From an uncultured Spirochaetota bacterium (GTDB taxonomy: Bacteria; Spirochaetota; Spirochaetia; SZUA-6; Fen-1364), in NCBI GenBank assembly GCA_963845535.1, contig CAWJSK010000023.1:82510-146509 (forward strand): a DNA stretch of 64,000 nucleotides. Reading direction: 5' to 3'. The notes below the pieces were generated by a model that was not told the origin of the DNA, did not search any database, and was given only the letters and a program-made list of their open reading frames with translations. Below are positions 41,652-52,293 of the stretch, piece after piece; position 1 is the first letter of the stretch; each line of letters opens with the position of its first letter. Both the position numbers and the translations under genes were made by a program.

Positions 41652-43575
41652 TCACTGCGGTGTCGGGTTTGTCCTGCGGCCTCGGATTGAAGTCTATGGG
41701 AACGGGGTTCGGCAGGCTCCGGGCCTTGTCGACGGGTGTCACACCAATGTCCTTCAGGCCGTACCCGCTCTGTTGTGGCAGCACGTTCACGACATCATCA
41801 GGAATGATGGCGTACTCCGCGGGGAGCGGCTGCGCTGCGCCAGAGAGGCGAGCCGGGTCGAACGCTGAGACGAGGTCGGTCACGCCGGCCGTGATGGCGT
41901 CGTCCGGTCCCCAATCGCTTCCCATGTCCTGCTCCCGCCCGGAAAGTTCATCAGGCAGCTTGGCAAGCGGCGTGAGCCCGAACAGGAGGTCCACGAGCTT
42001 GACCACTGAGCCATGGTCCCCGACGTCGCGCGCAATGTGGTGAACGCGCGCGTACGGTGAAATCACCATGAGCGGAACCCGCGGGCCGTCCGTGACCACG
42101 CTCTTGTCAGGCCCGTAGGAGCGGATGGGGGGCGGGACATGATCGTAGTCACCTTCCGAATCGTCCCACGTGATGATGATGGCGCACTGGCCCCAGTACT
42201 TGCTCCGCGCAATTGCGTTGACCGACTTGGCCACCAGCGCTTCGCTGATCTGCGCGTCTGAGTACGCGGGATGATCGTCATCTCCAAGGAAGTTTCTCTG
42301 GACCGCTGGGTCAGGGTCCGCGGGTTTCATCCCAAAGATGTTCAAGTAGCCGCCCTTGACGAAAAACACGCCGCCGTCGGCCGGCAGCGAACCCTTGGTC
42401 ACCGCCGTAAAAAAATCCTCCAGTCCGCGAAGGTTCGCGCTCATGTCCGGATTGTTGGCGATGTAGCCGAAATACTGCGGCCCGTTGTGGTGCGTAATGT
42501 ACGACGCGTGCGTGCCGTTGGCATCTGTGGGACCCTGGTCCGGGTCGGTCGGCTCCTTGTCGTAGCCCTCCTCGTACCAGGCCCACGGTATGGCTTTCTG
42601 CCCGTTCGATGCCAGGAAGGCGATATCGTCTCGAATATCCCCAAGGTCTCCCGGGCCGTCGCGATCCGCCGCTGTCTGGCCTTGAGCGTCTTTTCCCGCC
42701 AGGGAAAGAGGCAGCGTGGCGTAGGTCTGGTTGAGCTGGACCCCGTAGCCGGGGAAATCCTTCGGGTTGGCGGGCTGCTTCCCGTCAACGGTCTTGTCGT
42801 CAGGTGATCCCCAGTACGGGTAATTGTCGTTCAGGACCGGCTCTCCCTTTCCCTGGTTCCCGTTGCCCGTGTACTTCTGGTCGGGATGAAGAGCTTCCTG
42901 GGTCTGGCCGCTTTGGGCTGCGATTATTGCCAGGTTTCCCGGCGTGGAGGGTCCCACCATCGACTGGAAGATGTGGTCGAACAGCACGAACCGATTCGCA
43001 TATCGCCAAAGGAAGGGGACCGTGTCGCCGTCCATGTACGCCATGGTCAGCTCACCGAACTGCTTGGCCATGAGGGACGGCTTGTCTCCCTTGGTGTACT
43101 TCGCCTCTTCCGCCGTGGCGAACTTGTCCATCCCCGCGGCGCCGTTTACGACATCCATTTTCGCGGCCAAAAGGGCGTGAGAGTGATCTACGTCGTCCGT
43201 GTCTGCCGCGAACTCCCTGGGGCCAATGCGGAAAGGCTGGATGCGGGAGAGCGACCCATCGACGTTGATAATGGCCTGGGAGAAACCAGGCGTCTGGTCC
43301 GCTGGATGGGAGTACAAACCCTCGGCACCGGGGAATGTCCCGAAGTACGAATCGAAGGAGCGGTTCTCCTGGTACAGCACGAACACGTACTTGACGTGCT
43401 GACGGAGCAACGAAACCAGTTGGTCCGTGGAGAGGGTCGGTTCCTGGTTTTCGGCAACGGCGTATTTCTGGACCGCCGGATCTCCGCCAGCGGCCACGGG
43501 CGCCGAGGTCGTGCACGCCGCCAGGGAGAGCGCAAGCGTAAGAGAGAAGGGAATGAGCAGGACGGGTTTTCTCAT
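41652..43575 (-). CDS. Phosphoesterase-family lipoprotein (AcpA/phospholipase C superfamily)
   Basis: Lipobox LAAC, ENRSFD, GPSTPG, WDDSEG.YDHV.PP, GPRVP. SD AAGGAGG before ATG 43575. Likely true stop is TGA 41652 after a frameshift near 41677; the ORF as read runs to 41557. Confidence 0.85.
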
Positions 43576-43697
43576 GATTTGCCTCCTTGCTCCGCGCAAA
43601 ATAACGAAGGAAGGTTAATTGTCTGTTAAGGCTTGCGGAAGAATGCGCCTTGCCACGTCCATTCATCTCAATTAGTATTGTGCGGAGCTTCGCCGAG

Positions 43698-44450
43698 ATG
43701 TACAGGAATGTCACTACCCGGGCAATCGTGATACGCCGCGAAAGGCTTGGCGAGTTCCATAAAAGCCTCGTCCTGCTGACCGCGGACATGGGGCTCGTTC
43801 GCGCGGTTGCCTACGGCGCCTACAGGATGAAAAGCCCACTGCGCATGGGAAGCGAACCGTTCACGGTTTCCGTGGCGCGATTGTACAACAACCCCGTCAA
43901 GCAGAGTTACAAAGTCACGGAGCTGGAGGTCCGGCACACTTTTGATTCCCTGCTGAAGGATTTCTCACGCGTGGCCGCCGCTTCGCTCTGGGCGGAGGTC
44001 ATCCTCAAATCATATGCCGCGGGAGAGACATCGGATGAGCTTTTTCAGCTTTTCCTCGGCGCCCTCCACCTCTTGGACACGGCGGAGACCCGTGCGGAGC
44101 CGTACGTGATGATCCAGTTCCTCTGGAGGTTTCTCTCCCTCGCCGGCTACCAGCCCGTTACCGACGCCTGCTGCCAGTGCGGCGCGCCGTTTCACGAAAA
44201 ATCCGCGTCCTTCTCACCCGCCATTCACGGCTTCCTCTGCTCCAACTGCGTTCCGTCAAACGGCAGGTCCGTTCCGGCGGGCGCGTTGCGTTACCTCGCC
44301 GCAAGCGGGCAGCTTCCGCTCCCCAGCGCCGCGGGGATCACCCTCGACGCGGCGGCCCTCTCCGCCCTGCGCCACGCAATGCCGCTCATGGTGCAGGCCG
44401 TGCTGGAAGGGGAGCTTGTAACGCTTCGGTGCGCAGGGGCCGCCCTGTGA
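43698..44450 (+). CDS. recO: DNA repair protein RecO
   Basis: N-terminal OB-like segment (GEFHK, AYGA), C4 zinc finger (CCQCG...CSNC). Confidence 0.88.
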   Translation: MYRNVTTRAIVIRRERLGEFHKSLVLLTADMGLVRAVAYGAYRMKSPLRMGSEPFTVSVARLYNNPVKQSYKVTELEVRHTFDSLLKDFSRVAAASLWAEVILKSYAAGETSDELFQLFLGALHLLDTAETRAEPYVMIQFLWRFLSLAGYQPVTDACCQCGAPFHEKSASFSPAIHGFLCSNCVPSNGRSVPAGALRYLAASGQLPLPSAAGITLDAAALSALRHAMPLMVQAVLEGELVTLRCAGAAL

Positions 44451-45004
44451 GGGTCTTCGCGGCGCTGCCTCTTCCCGCGGAGGCAGTGGATGCAGTTGCC
44501 CTCGTCCTCGGCCCCATCCGAAAAGAGTATCCTCAGTTGCGCTGGGTCTCCCAGTCCGCGTATCACCTGACGCTGCACTTTTTTGGCGAAGTGGAGGGAG
44601 AACCACTCGAAGCGCTTCGCCGCGTCTTCAGGGATCCGGGATTGAAAAGATCCCCGCTGGTTGCGAAACTGGGACCGCTGGGCCAGTTCCCCAACGGGGG
44701 GAGCCCGCGCGTGATCTGGGTGGGATTGCGGGAGGACAACGGAGCGCTTCAATCGTACTGGCAGCGTTTCGAGTCGGCGGTCTCTCCCTTGGGATGGGAG
44801 CCCGACAAGCGCGGATTCACGCCGCACGTCACTCTGGCGCGCAATCCGGGATCACGCGTCGCGCCGGGCTGGGATTCCGCCGCCCGCCTGCCGGAGGTTC
44901 CGTTTTCCGTCCGCGAATGCGTGCTGTTCCAATCCATACTCGGGCACGGCGGCGCCGAGTATGTTCCGCTTGAGAGAATAGGCTTCGACGGAGGCGCCGC
45001 GTGA
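44447..45004 (+). CDS. thpR: RNA 2',3'-cyclic phosphodiesterase (2H family)
   Basis: HLTL and PHVTLAR motifs; GTGA overlap with recO. Confidence 0.9.
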   Translation: MRVFAALPLPAEAVDAVALVLGPIRKEYPQLRWVSQSAYHLTLHFFGEVEGEPLEALRRVFRDPGLKRSPLVAKLGPLGQFPNGGSPRVIWVGLREDNGALQSYWQRFESAVSPLGWEPDKRGFTPHVTLARNPGSRVAPGWDSAARLPEVPFSVRECVLFQSILGHGGAEYVPLERIGFDGGAA

Positions 45005-46314
45005 GAGTTGTGGACCTGATCATGAAGAAGCGGGACGGACGCGGCCTGGAGGAGGAGGAGATAGATTTCCTTGTCCAGGGATTCTCCCGCGGGGACATCC
45101 CTGACTACCAGATGTCAGCCCTGCTCATGGCAATCGTGCTGAAAGGCATGAGCCCCGCTGAGACCGCCCATCTCACCGAGGCCATGATTCGGTCCGGCGA
45201 CGTGCTGGACCTTTCCGGCGTGCCCGGTCCGCTCGTGGACAAGCACTCCACCGGCGGAGTCGGAGACAAGATATCGCTCATCCTTGCCCCTGTGGTGGCG
45301 GCGTGCGGCGTTCGCGTTCCCATGATGAGCGGAAGGTCCCTCGGCCACACGGGAGGGACGCTGGACAAGCTCGAGTCCATAGCGGGCTACCGGACCGACC
45401 TTTCCCCTGAACGCTTTCGCCAGGGTCTTTCACAGGTCGGCTTTGCGATGATCGGCCAGAGTGAGAAGGTTGTTCCGGCCGACCGGCGGATGTATGCGCT
45501 GCGCGACGTGACCGGCACCGTGGAGTCCGTTCCCCTGATCACAGCCAGCATCATGTCGAAAAAGTTCGCGGAGGGCGCGGAAGCCCTGGTTTTCGACGTG
45601 AAGTGCGGATCAGGGGCGTTCATGAAAAACATCGAGGAAGCGCGCACGCTGGCCAGGTCTCTCGTCAGCACGGGCAAGGGCCTTGGCAGGAAGGTAGTGG
45701 CAGTAATCACGGACATGGACCAGCCGTTGGGCCGGGCCGTGGGTAATTTCCTGGAGGTCGAGGAATCCATCGATTGCCTCCGAGGGAAAGGGCCGTCCGA
45801 CGTGATTGACCTTACCTGCCGGCTGGCGGGGTGGATGCTGGTGCTCGGGGGAAAAGCGGCAAGCCCCGCGGCAGGGGAAGCGCTTGCCCGCGCCAAGCTT
45901 GCTGACGGCTCGGCGTGGGAGCTTTTCCTCAAGAACGTGGAGCTCCAGGGGGGACGGACGGACGTGCTCCTCCATCCTGAAAAGGGACCTCACGCGCGGA
46001 TCGTGCAGCCGCTTCTGGCCCAATCCTCCAGCCGGGTGGCCAGGATAGATGCCTTCAAGGTTGGCCTGGCGTCAGTGGTTCTTGGCGTGGGCCGTTCCCG
46101 CAAGGAAGACGTCGTGCTGCCGGGGGTCGGCATCGTGATCCGCAAGTCCGCCGGGGAAGAGGTTGCCGCCGGGGAGGAGCTCTGCCTGGTCAGAGGGGAA
46201 AAGGAGGAGCAGGTGCAGGAAGCGCTTCGCATTCTCTCACCAGCGTGGGAGCTGAACGGCGGCATCCGGCTGAAGCCGCGGCCCATTGTCCTCGAGGAGA
46301 TCACCCAGGAATGA
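45001..46314 (+). CDS. pdp: Pyrimidine-nucleoside/thymidine phosphorylase
   Basis: DKHSTGGVGDK, SGRSLGHTGGTLDKLESI, SIMSKK. Confidence 0.95.
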   Translation: MRVVDLIMKKRDGRGLEEEEIDFLVQGFSRGDIPDYQMSALLMAIVLKGMSPAETAHLTEAMIRSGDVLDLSGVPGPLVDKHSTGGVGDKISLILAPVVAACGVRVPMMSGRSLGHTGGTLDKLESIAGYRTDLSPERFRQGLSQVGFAMIGQSEKVVPADRRMYALRDVTGTVESVPLITASIMSKKFAEGAEALVFDVKCGSGAFMKNIEEARTLARSLVSTGKGLGRKVVAVITDMDQPLGRAVGNFLEVEESIDCLRGKGPSDVIDLTCRLAGWMLVLGGKAASPAAGEALARAKLADGSAWELFLKNVELQGGRTDVLLHPEKGPHARIVQPLLAQSSSRVARIDAFKVGLASVVLGVGRSRKEDVVLPGVGIVIRKSAGEEVAAGEELCLVRGEKEEQVQEALRILSPAWELNGGIRLKPRPIVLEEITQE

Positions 46315-48413
46315 TCTGGAACAAGACCGCCATCGACTCAGGGGTCGTCAGGGAGCTTGCCCGCAGGTTCGAGGTGGACCTGCTGGCGGCAAGCATCCTT
46401 TCGCGGCGCGGGATCACTTCTCCCGAATCGCTTCTGTACTTCCTCGAAACGGACCTGAACCTCATGCACAATCCGTTCCTCATGGGCTCTATGTCTGAGG
46501 CGGTGGAAAGAATCAACGCTGCAATCGAAAGCGGAGAGAAAATCCTGATCTTCGGGGATGGCGACGTTGACGGGATCACGGCCACAGTCCTCCTGTATGA
46601 GGTGCTGATCGAGCTTGGCGCGGACGTCCAGTGGATGCTGCCGGAGGGAGACGAATCGTACGGGCTGACTCCCCGGGTGATCGACAAGGCAGTCGGGATG
46701 GGAGTCAGCCTCCTGGTCACCGTGGACTGCGGCGTGTCGAACGCCAGCGAAGTTGCGCTCGCGGCGGAGAAGGGCATTGAGACGGTCGTCGTTGATCATC
46801 ACAATCCGCCCGCGGGTCTCCCGCAGGCGGTTGCCGTGGTCAATCCCAAGCTGCCGGGGTATCCCTTTCGGGACCTCTGCGGCTGCGCCGTTGCCTCCAA
46901 GCTGGAATGGGCGCTTCGTTTCTCCCGGTCCCCTTTTTTTGGCGCCGAGGTCTGCCTTCTCTCCGCCCGGCCTGCCAACGAGACAGTCGTCGTCGAAGCG
47001 CTCAAGATGACAAACCTCGTGGAGACCGGCCGGATTCAGGAAAGCTTCGTTCCCGGGATCGTGCCTTTCGAGCGGACGCGGCTCGCGGGATTCACTGCCG
47101 GTGACGAGGTGCTCGTGGTGGATGCGCCCGGCCAGGCCAGGCTCCTCGAACGGGCGTTCCCGGGCGGAGTCTCGATGGCCCTTTCCGACATCGCTTCTCT
47201 CGTCCTGCAGTTCCAACCCGCCCTGGCGGGAAAGAGCCTGCTCAGGATCTCGCAAGGATCACGGACGGCTCGGTATGGCGCCCGTCCCGTGTCGGAGATC
47301 GACACCCTGGCGGGCGTGTTCCGTTCCATCGTGCTCGCTCGGGAAGAAGCGCGGCTTGCACCGTGTCGGAGCCGGCTCGACCTCGTCACCCTGGGAACGC
47401 TTGCGGACCTGATGCCGCTTGTGGATGAGAACCGCATCCTCGTTCGCGAAGGGCTGGCCGCTTTGCGCGCGCCGGAGCGAAACGGCCTGCGCCAGATCTT
47501 CAAGCGCAGGGAGCTGCTGGGCAAACGGATCAGCGCATCCGACATCGCCTGGCAAATATCGCCTCTTCTGAACTCCGCGGGGCGCATGGGAGAGCCGTCC
47601 ACGGCCACCCGGGTCTTTCTCTCGGAGACCGCTGAGGAGGCGGAGACGCTGGTTGACCAGCTCGTCTCCCTGGATTCCCGCCGAAGGAACATGGGGGAGA
47701 CGACCTGGAACCTCATGCTGGACCAGGCCAAGGATTCTCTTTCGCGCACCGGCGGACGGTGCATCCTCGTGCATGACGCGCGGATCCAGCGCGGCATCAC
47801 GGGCATCATGGCCTCACGGCTGCAGGGCTTCTTCAAGACCCCCGCAATCGTCATTGCGGAAGCGGGAGATACCGTCATCGGGTCCATCCGCTGCAACCGT
47901 GATAAGGTGATCGCGGACTTCTTCTCTCGCCACGGGGAGCATTTCCTCACCTACGGCGGCCATGATTTTGCCGGCGGGTTCAGCCTGGAGAGGCAGAAGC
48001 TCGCTTCCTTCCTGGAATCATTCTTTTCCCGCGTGGAAGAGCTTCCGCCCGTTCAAGGCGAGGAGTCGCTTGCAATCGACGCGGAGATACCTCTTACCTA
48101 CCTCTCGCCTGACCTTATTCGCGTTGTGGACCTTTTCGAGCCGTTCGGAGAAGGAAACCCGCCCCTTTCATTCCTTTCTCGCGGCCTCAAAGTGGCTCAC
48201 TGCGAGCTCATTGGACGCCGCGAGCTGAACCATTTGAAGCTTCTCTTCGATGCCGGAAAGACGAAATGGCCGGCGGTCTACTGGAACGCCGCCTCGAAGT
48301 TCCCCGGCGAGTTCACCGTTGGAGACACTGTCGACATCGTTTATCGCCTGTCGCGCAACTCCTACGGCGGGGGAGAGAACCTCCAGCTCATTGTCCTGGA
48401 TCTGAAGAAATGA
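46311..48413 (+). CDS. recJ: ssDNA exonuclease RecJ
   Basis: GDGDVDG, TVDCG, DHH, GTLADLMPL, GGH..AGG, EPFGEGNP. Confidence 0.93.
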   Translation: MIWNKTAIDSGVVRELARRFEVDLLAASILSRRGITSPESLLYFLETDLNLMHNPFLMGSMSEAVERINAAIESGEKILIFGDGDVDGITATVLLYEVLIELGADVQWMLPEGDESYGLTPRVIDKAVGMGVSLLVTVDCGVSNASEVALAAEKGIETVVVDHHNPPAGLPQAVAVVNPKLPGYPFRDLCGCAVASKLEWALRFSRSPFFGAEVCLLSARPANETVVVEALKMTNLVETGRIQESFVPGIVPFERTRLAGFTAGDEVLVVDAPGQARLLERAFPGGVSMALSDIASLVLQFQPALAGKSLLRISQGSRTARYGARPVSEIDTLAGVFRSIVLAREEARLAPCRSRLDLVTLGTLADLMPLVDENRILVREGLAALRAPERNGLRQIFKRRELLGKRISASDIAWQISPLLNSAGRMGEPSTATRVFLSETAEEAETLVDQLVSLDSRRRNMGETTWNLMLDQAKDSLSRTGGRCILVHDARIQRGITGIMASRLQGFFKTPAIVIAEAGDTVIGSIRCNRDKVIADFFSRHGEHFLTYGGHDFAGGFSLERQKLASFLESFFSRVEELPPVQGEESLAIDAEIPLTYLSPDLIRVVDLFEPFGEGNPPLSFLSRGLKVAHCELIGRRELNHLKLLFDAGKTKWPAVYWNAASKFPGEFTVGDTVDIVYRLSRNSYGGGENLQLIVLDLKK

Positions 48414-49510
48414 CTTCCCGAAGATTTGTTTCCTGCCTTTTTCTCCTGGCAATGCTCGCTTCTGCCCAACGCGCGCTGCCCGCGACCCTCCTCGTCACCT
48501 CGCCTCAGGTCGGCATCTGCGTTACAAGCCAGGACGCGAAATACCAGTACCACTGGGGGGCCATGCAGCCCGAGACCGGGCTGTTCTCTTTTTCACCTCT
48601 CGGGCAGGCTCCGCTTGAGCCGCACGTCGTTGTGCCGTCGGACACGGCCCCCGGAGAGCTTTTGCGCATTGCCGTGAGCGAATCTGAAGACGTGGACTCT
48701 GTGACTGCGCAGGTCCTTGGGCCGAAGCAGCAAGTGCTTTCCCGCGGATTTGGATTTCGCCCGCAAGCGCAGCAAAAGGACGCTTGGATGATCCTTGTTG
48801 GGATTCCGGACGTGACAACCCCGGGCAGCTACACCCTCTCCCTGGAAATCAAGTCAGGGGCCAGGAACGCCGTGGATCTTTCCGTCCTTTCCATCCATGA
48901 ACGCACTTTCCGGTTCGAACGGATCGCGGTGACGCAGGGGATGGAAGAGATTCGGACCTCCGAAGACCCGCGCAAGCTTGCACAGGCCCGCGAGCTTATT
49001 CGCACCATCACCACGCCTCACGCGGATGCTGTTTTCGAGACGGGTATCATCCATGATCCGCTTCCTGATGCGCGGCGGACCTCCGGGTACGGCGACAGGA
49101 GAAAATACGTCTACCCCGACAACACTGCTGACTACTCCGTGCACGAAGGATTAGACCTGGCGATGCCTGAGGGCACGCCGGTCCCAGCTTGCGGACGGGG
49201 GAGGGTCGTGCTTGCCGCGGAGAGGATCGTCACCGGCAACACCGTGGTGGTCGAAATGCTGCCGGGACTGTTCTCCCTCTACTTCCATCTCTCTGAGATA
49301 GATGTGAAGCCCGGGGATATCGTGGAACAAGGCCAGGTGATCGGCAAAGTCGGCATGACCGGTTTTGCCACCGGCCCGCACTTGCACTGGGAGATTGAGG
49401 CGCTTGGCGTGCCCGTGGACCCTGATGCGCTCGTGGCCGGTCCGATTCTTGACAAAATCACGGAATCAGGCGAAATTGAGACTGGAAAAGCTCCGAAGGG
49501 AGGTGAGTGA
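48410..49510 (+). CDS. Exported M23 metallopeptidase
   Basis: Signal peptide, HEGLD, TGPHLH; ATGA overlap with recJ. Confidence 0.9.
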   Translation: MTSRRFVSCLFLLAMLASAQRALPATLLVTSPQVGICVTSQDAKYQYHWGAMQPETGLFSFSPLGQAPLEPHVVVPSDTAPGELLRIAVSESEDVDSVTAQVLGPKQQVLSRGFGFRPQAQQKDAWMILVGIPDVTTPGSYTLSLEIKSGARNAVDLSVLSIHERTFRFERIAVTQGMEEIRTSEDPRKLAQARELIRTITTPHADAVFETGIIHDPLPDARRTSGYGDRRKYVYPDNTADYSVHEGLDLAMPEGTPVPACGRGRVVLAAERIVTGNTVVVEMLPGLFSLYFHLSEIDVKPGDIVEQGQVIGKVGMTGFATGPHLHWEIEALGVPVDPDALVAGPILDKITESGEIETGKAPKGGE

Positions 49511-49511
49511 C

Positions 49512-49721
49512 ATAGCCTATATCGAAGTGAGCGATGATGAGCCCCTTGAGAAGGCAATAAAGCGCTTCAAGCGCCAGGTCGAAAAAGAGGGGATCATCCG
49601 AGAGTGGAAGAAGAGGGAGTTCTTCGAAAAACCTTCCGCCATTCTCAACCGCAAGAAGAAGGCTCTCGAGCGAAAGCGGATGAAGAGAGCGCGCAAAGTC
49701 TCAGCAATGAAGAGCTATTGA
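49512..49721 (+). CDS. rpsU: 30S ribosomal protein S21 (apparent ATA start)
   Basis: [12 protein letters not shown]...[17 protein letters not shown] 6 nt before ATA 49512. Confidence 0.93.
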   Translation: MAYIEVSDDEPLEKAIKRFKRQVEKEGIIREWKKREFFEKPSAILNRKKKALERKRMKRARKVSAMKSY

Positions 49722-49727
49722 CAGTAT

Positions 49728-49750
49728 AAGGGCCCCGCAGCGGGGCCCTT
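49728..49750. terminator. Hairpin between convergent genes
   Basis: AAGGGCCCCG-CAG-CGGGGCCCTT. Confidence 0.75.
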
Positions 49751-49796
49751 CCCATTTCTGGCATCATGCTTCGCAGCCTTCCGCGCGGTTTGCCGT

Positions 49797-50528
49797 TTAC
49801 AGTATATGTCTCAGGAATCGCTGGGTCCGCTCTTCCTTGGGCGCGGCGAATACGGCGTCCGGCGTCCCGCGTTCGATGATCTCCCCGTTGTCCATGAAGA
49901 CCACCGTGTGCGCCGCGGCCCGCGCAAACCCCATCTCGTGGGATACGACGAGCATCGTCATTCCTTCCCGGGCAAGCTCCACCATGACGTCAAGGACTTC
50001 CTTGATCATCTCAGGGTCCAGGGCAGACGTGGGCTCATCGAAAAGCATCACTTTAGGGCTCATTGCGAGCGCTCGTGCAATTGCCACACGCTGCTGCTGC
50101 CCGCCAGAGAGCTGCTCAGGGTAGGAGCCTTCCTTGTCCGAAAGTCCCACGCGGGCAAGGAGGTTCTTCCCGAGCTCGCGGGTCTCTTTCTCCGGGACCT
50201 TCTTCACGACGCGCGGAGCAAGCGTTATGTTCTCCAGCGCCGTCAGGTGGGGAAAAAGGTTGAAGGACTGGAACACCATTCCCACCTCTTCACGGATCTT
50301 TCTGATGTCGGACCCGTGATCCGTCACCTGGTCCTCATCTATCCAGATCTGTCCCGAGGTGAGATGCTCAAGCCTGTTGATGCAGCGCAGCATGGTGCTC
50401 TTGCCGCTGCCCGACGGCCCGATGATGAGGACCACCTCGCCGGGCTTCACCGAAAGGGTGGCGTTTTTCAGGGCCACGACCTTCCCGAAGTTCTTGCATG
50501 CGTCGATGATGCGGACTCTATCTGCCAC
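49797..50528 (-). CDS. Polar amino-acid ABC ATP-binding subunit (GlnQ-like)
   Basis: [34 protein letters not shown]. Confidence 0.95.
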   Translation of the reverse strand: MADRVRIIDACKNFGKVVALKNATLSVKPGEVVLIIGPSGSGKSTMLRCINRLEHLTSGQIWIDEDQVTDHGSDIRKIREEVGMVFQSFNLFPHLTALENITLAPRVVKKVPEKETRELGKNLLARVGLSDKEGSYPEQLSGGQQQRVAIARALAMSPKVMLFDEPTSALDPEMIKEVLDVMVELAREGMTMLVVSHEMGFARAAAHTVVFMDNGEIIERGTPDAVFAAPKEERTQRFLRHIL

Positions 50529-51315
50529 GCCTGTTCATCCTTTCTTCCATGAGCGCCACCAGACGGGAGAAGAACAGCGTCATGACGAGGTAGACCAGCG
50601 CCACCACGGTAAGAGCTTCGAAGTAGTAGAACGTCTTCGAGGCGTACTCCCGCCCGCGGCGCAGCAGGTCGGACACAGCCAGGATGGACACCAGGGATGA
50701 GTCCTTGAGGAGCGCTATGAACTCATTGCCCAGCGGCGGAAGGACCACGCGCACGGTCTGCGGCAGGATGACGCGCCGGAGCGCCTGGGTGCGGGTCAGT
50801 CCAAGGGCAATTGCGGCTTCCATTTGTCCCCTGGGGATTGACTGGATGCCCGCCCGGAATATCTCACCGAGATACGCGCCGTAGCACACCGTCATGGCGA
50901 TGACGGCGGCCATGATGTCAGGGACCTGCACGATCTTCCCCAGCGCGTAGTAGATATAGAATATCTGCACGAGCAAGGGAATGCCGCGGATGATCTCCAC
51001 GTAGATCGTGGCTATCCTGTTGATGACGCGAATGCGTGAGATTCGGCCAATCCCCGTGAACAGGCCGACAATCACGGCGAAAACAATTGAGAGAAGAGTG
51101 ACCTCGAACGTTTTGACAATTCCGTCGGGAATGAAGAGGAGTATCTCCGTGTACGGGTTCGGGTGGAGGATGGGAAGAATGATCAGCAGGGCAAGGGCCC
51201 CGAAAAAGGAGATCCGCCAGGCTGAGAAAGCCGACTTCTCCCCTTTTCCGGGGATCAATGCCCCGTCAGAAACCTCGATCCTCGTCTCGCGACGAGGTTC
51301 CTTTACTTGAGCCAC
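50518..51315 (-). CDS. Polar amino-acid ABC permease
   Basis: [33 protein letters not shown]. Confidence 0.93.
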   Translation of the reverse strand: MAQVKEPRRETRIEVSDGALIPGKGEKSAFSAWRISFFGALALLIILPILHPNPYTEILLFIPDGIVKTFEVTLLSIVFAVIVGLFTGIGRISRIRVINRIATIYVEIIRGIPLLVQIFYIYYALGKIVQVPDIMAAVIAMTVCYGAYLGEIFRAGIQSIPRGQMEAAIALGLTRTQALRRVILPQTVRVVLPPLGNEFIALLKDSSLVSILAVSDLLRRGREYASKTFYYFEALTVVALVYLVMTLFFSRLVALMEERMNRRGR

Positions 51316-52058
51316 TTTTGTTCGAGCGCCTTGTATTCGTCCGTGTCAATGACCTTCTTGAGTCCGGCGTTGATAACGTCCAGGACCTTCGCGTTGCCCT
51401 TCTTCACCGCAACGCCGTAGAACTCCTGGGTGAACGGTTCCCCGACGATCTTCAGCTTGCCCTTGTAGTTGGGGTTCTGGAGAGCGTAGTTGGCGGCGAC
51501 GGGGCTGTCGATCACGACACCCGCGATGCGGCCGTTGACGAGGTCCTCGAACGCAAGGCCGATCTCGTCATAGGTCTTTTCCGTGATCTTGTCCGCGTCC
51601 TTTTCTTTGTCGATGGCGAAAGCGCCGGTGGTGCCGATCTGGCATCCCACGGTCTTGCCCTTCAGATCCGCGAGCACGGTGACGTTGTTGACTTCGCTCT
51701 TCACCACGACAACCTGTCCAGCGTTGATGTAAGGGACAGAGAAATCCATGGTCTTCTTGCGATCATCAGTGATCGTAACCGAAGACATGACCGCGTCATA
51801 CTTGCCGGCGTCCAGACCCGCGAAGATCCCGTCCCACGCGGTGTTCTTGAACTCCACGGCGAACCCGCCTGCCTTGGCGGCGGCGTTCATCAGGTCGACA
51901 TCGAACCCGACGATGGCCTTGTTCTCATCCACCATCTCCATGGGGGGGAAGGTGGCGTCCGACGCAATGATGATCTTCGAAGGCTGCTTGGGTCCGCATG
52001 CAACTACCCCCAACAGGGCGAGCATAAGGACTGCGCCTGCCAAACCTCTCTTGAGCAT
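51303..52058 (-). CDS. Polar amino-acid ABC substrate-binding lipoprotein
   Basis: Lipobox VVAC, DATFPPME, GFDVDL, DFS.PY; AAGGAGG SD. Confidence 0.93.
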   Translation of the reverse strand: MLKRGLAGAVLMLALLGVVACGPKQPSKIIIASDATFPPMEMVDENKAIVGFDVDLMNAAAKAGGFAVEFKNTAWDGIFAGLDAGKYDAVMSSVTITDDRKKTMDFSVPYINAGQVVVVKSEVNNVTVLADLKGKTVGCQIGTTGAFAIDKEKDADKITEKTYDEIGLAFEDLVNGRIAGVVIDSPVAANYALQNPNYKGKLKIVGEPFTQEFYGVAVKKGNAKVLDVINAGLKKVIDTDEYKALEQKWLK

Positions 52059-52152
52059 AAATACCTCCTTCGCAGTATTTTTATACGTTATTCACGGAAC
52101 GGGATGCCCTGTCAAGAGATTGGAGAAAAGCGGGTGCCGAAGGAGAACGAAG

Positions 52153-52178
52153 CCGATCATTGCTCCCGATCATTGCTC
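52153..52178. repeat. 13-bp perfect tandem repeat (CCGATCATTGCTC x2)
   Basis: Copies at 52153-52165 and 52166-52178, 2 nt before the tRNA -35 box. Confidence 0.9.
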
Positions 52179-52180
52179 CC

Positions 52181-52209
52181 TTGACGTAGCAGCTTCATTC
52201 CCCTATATT
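52181..52209 (+). promoter_or_regulatory. tRNA promoter
   Basis: TTGACG-17 bp-TATATT. Confidence 0.75.
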
Positions 52210-52220
52210 GTTGTCAACGA

Positions 52221-52293
52221 CGCAGGGTAGAGCAGTTGGAAGCTCGTCGGGCTCATAACCCGGAGGTCGCAGGTTCAAATCCTGCCCCTGCTA
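52221..52293 (+). tRNA. Initiator tRNA-Met (CAT)
   Basis: Cloverleaf with CAT anticodon, three G-C pairs in the anticodon stem, unpaired C1/T72, GTTCAAATC T-loop; CCA not encoded. Confidence 0.96.
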
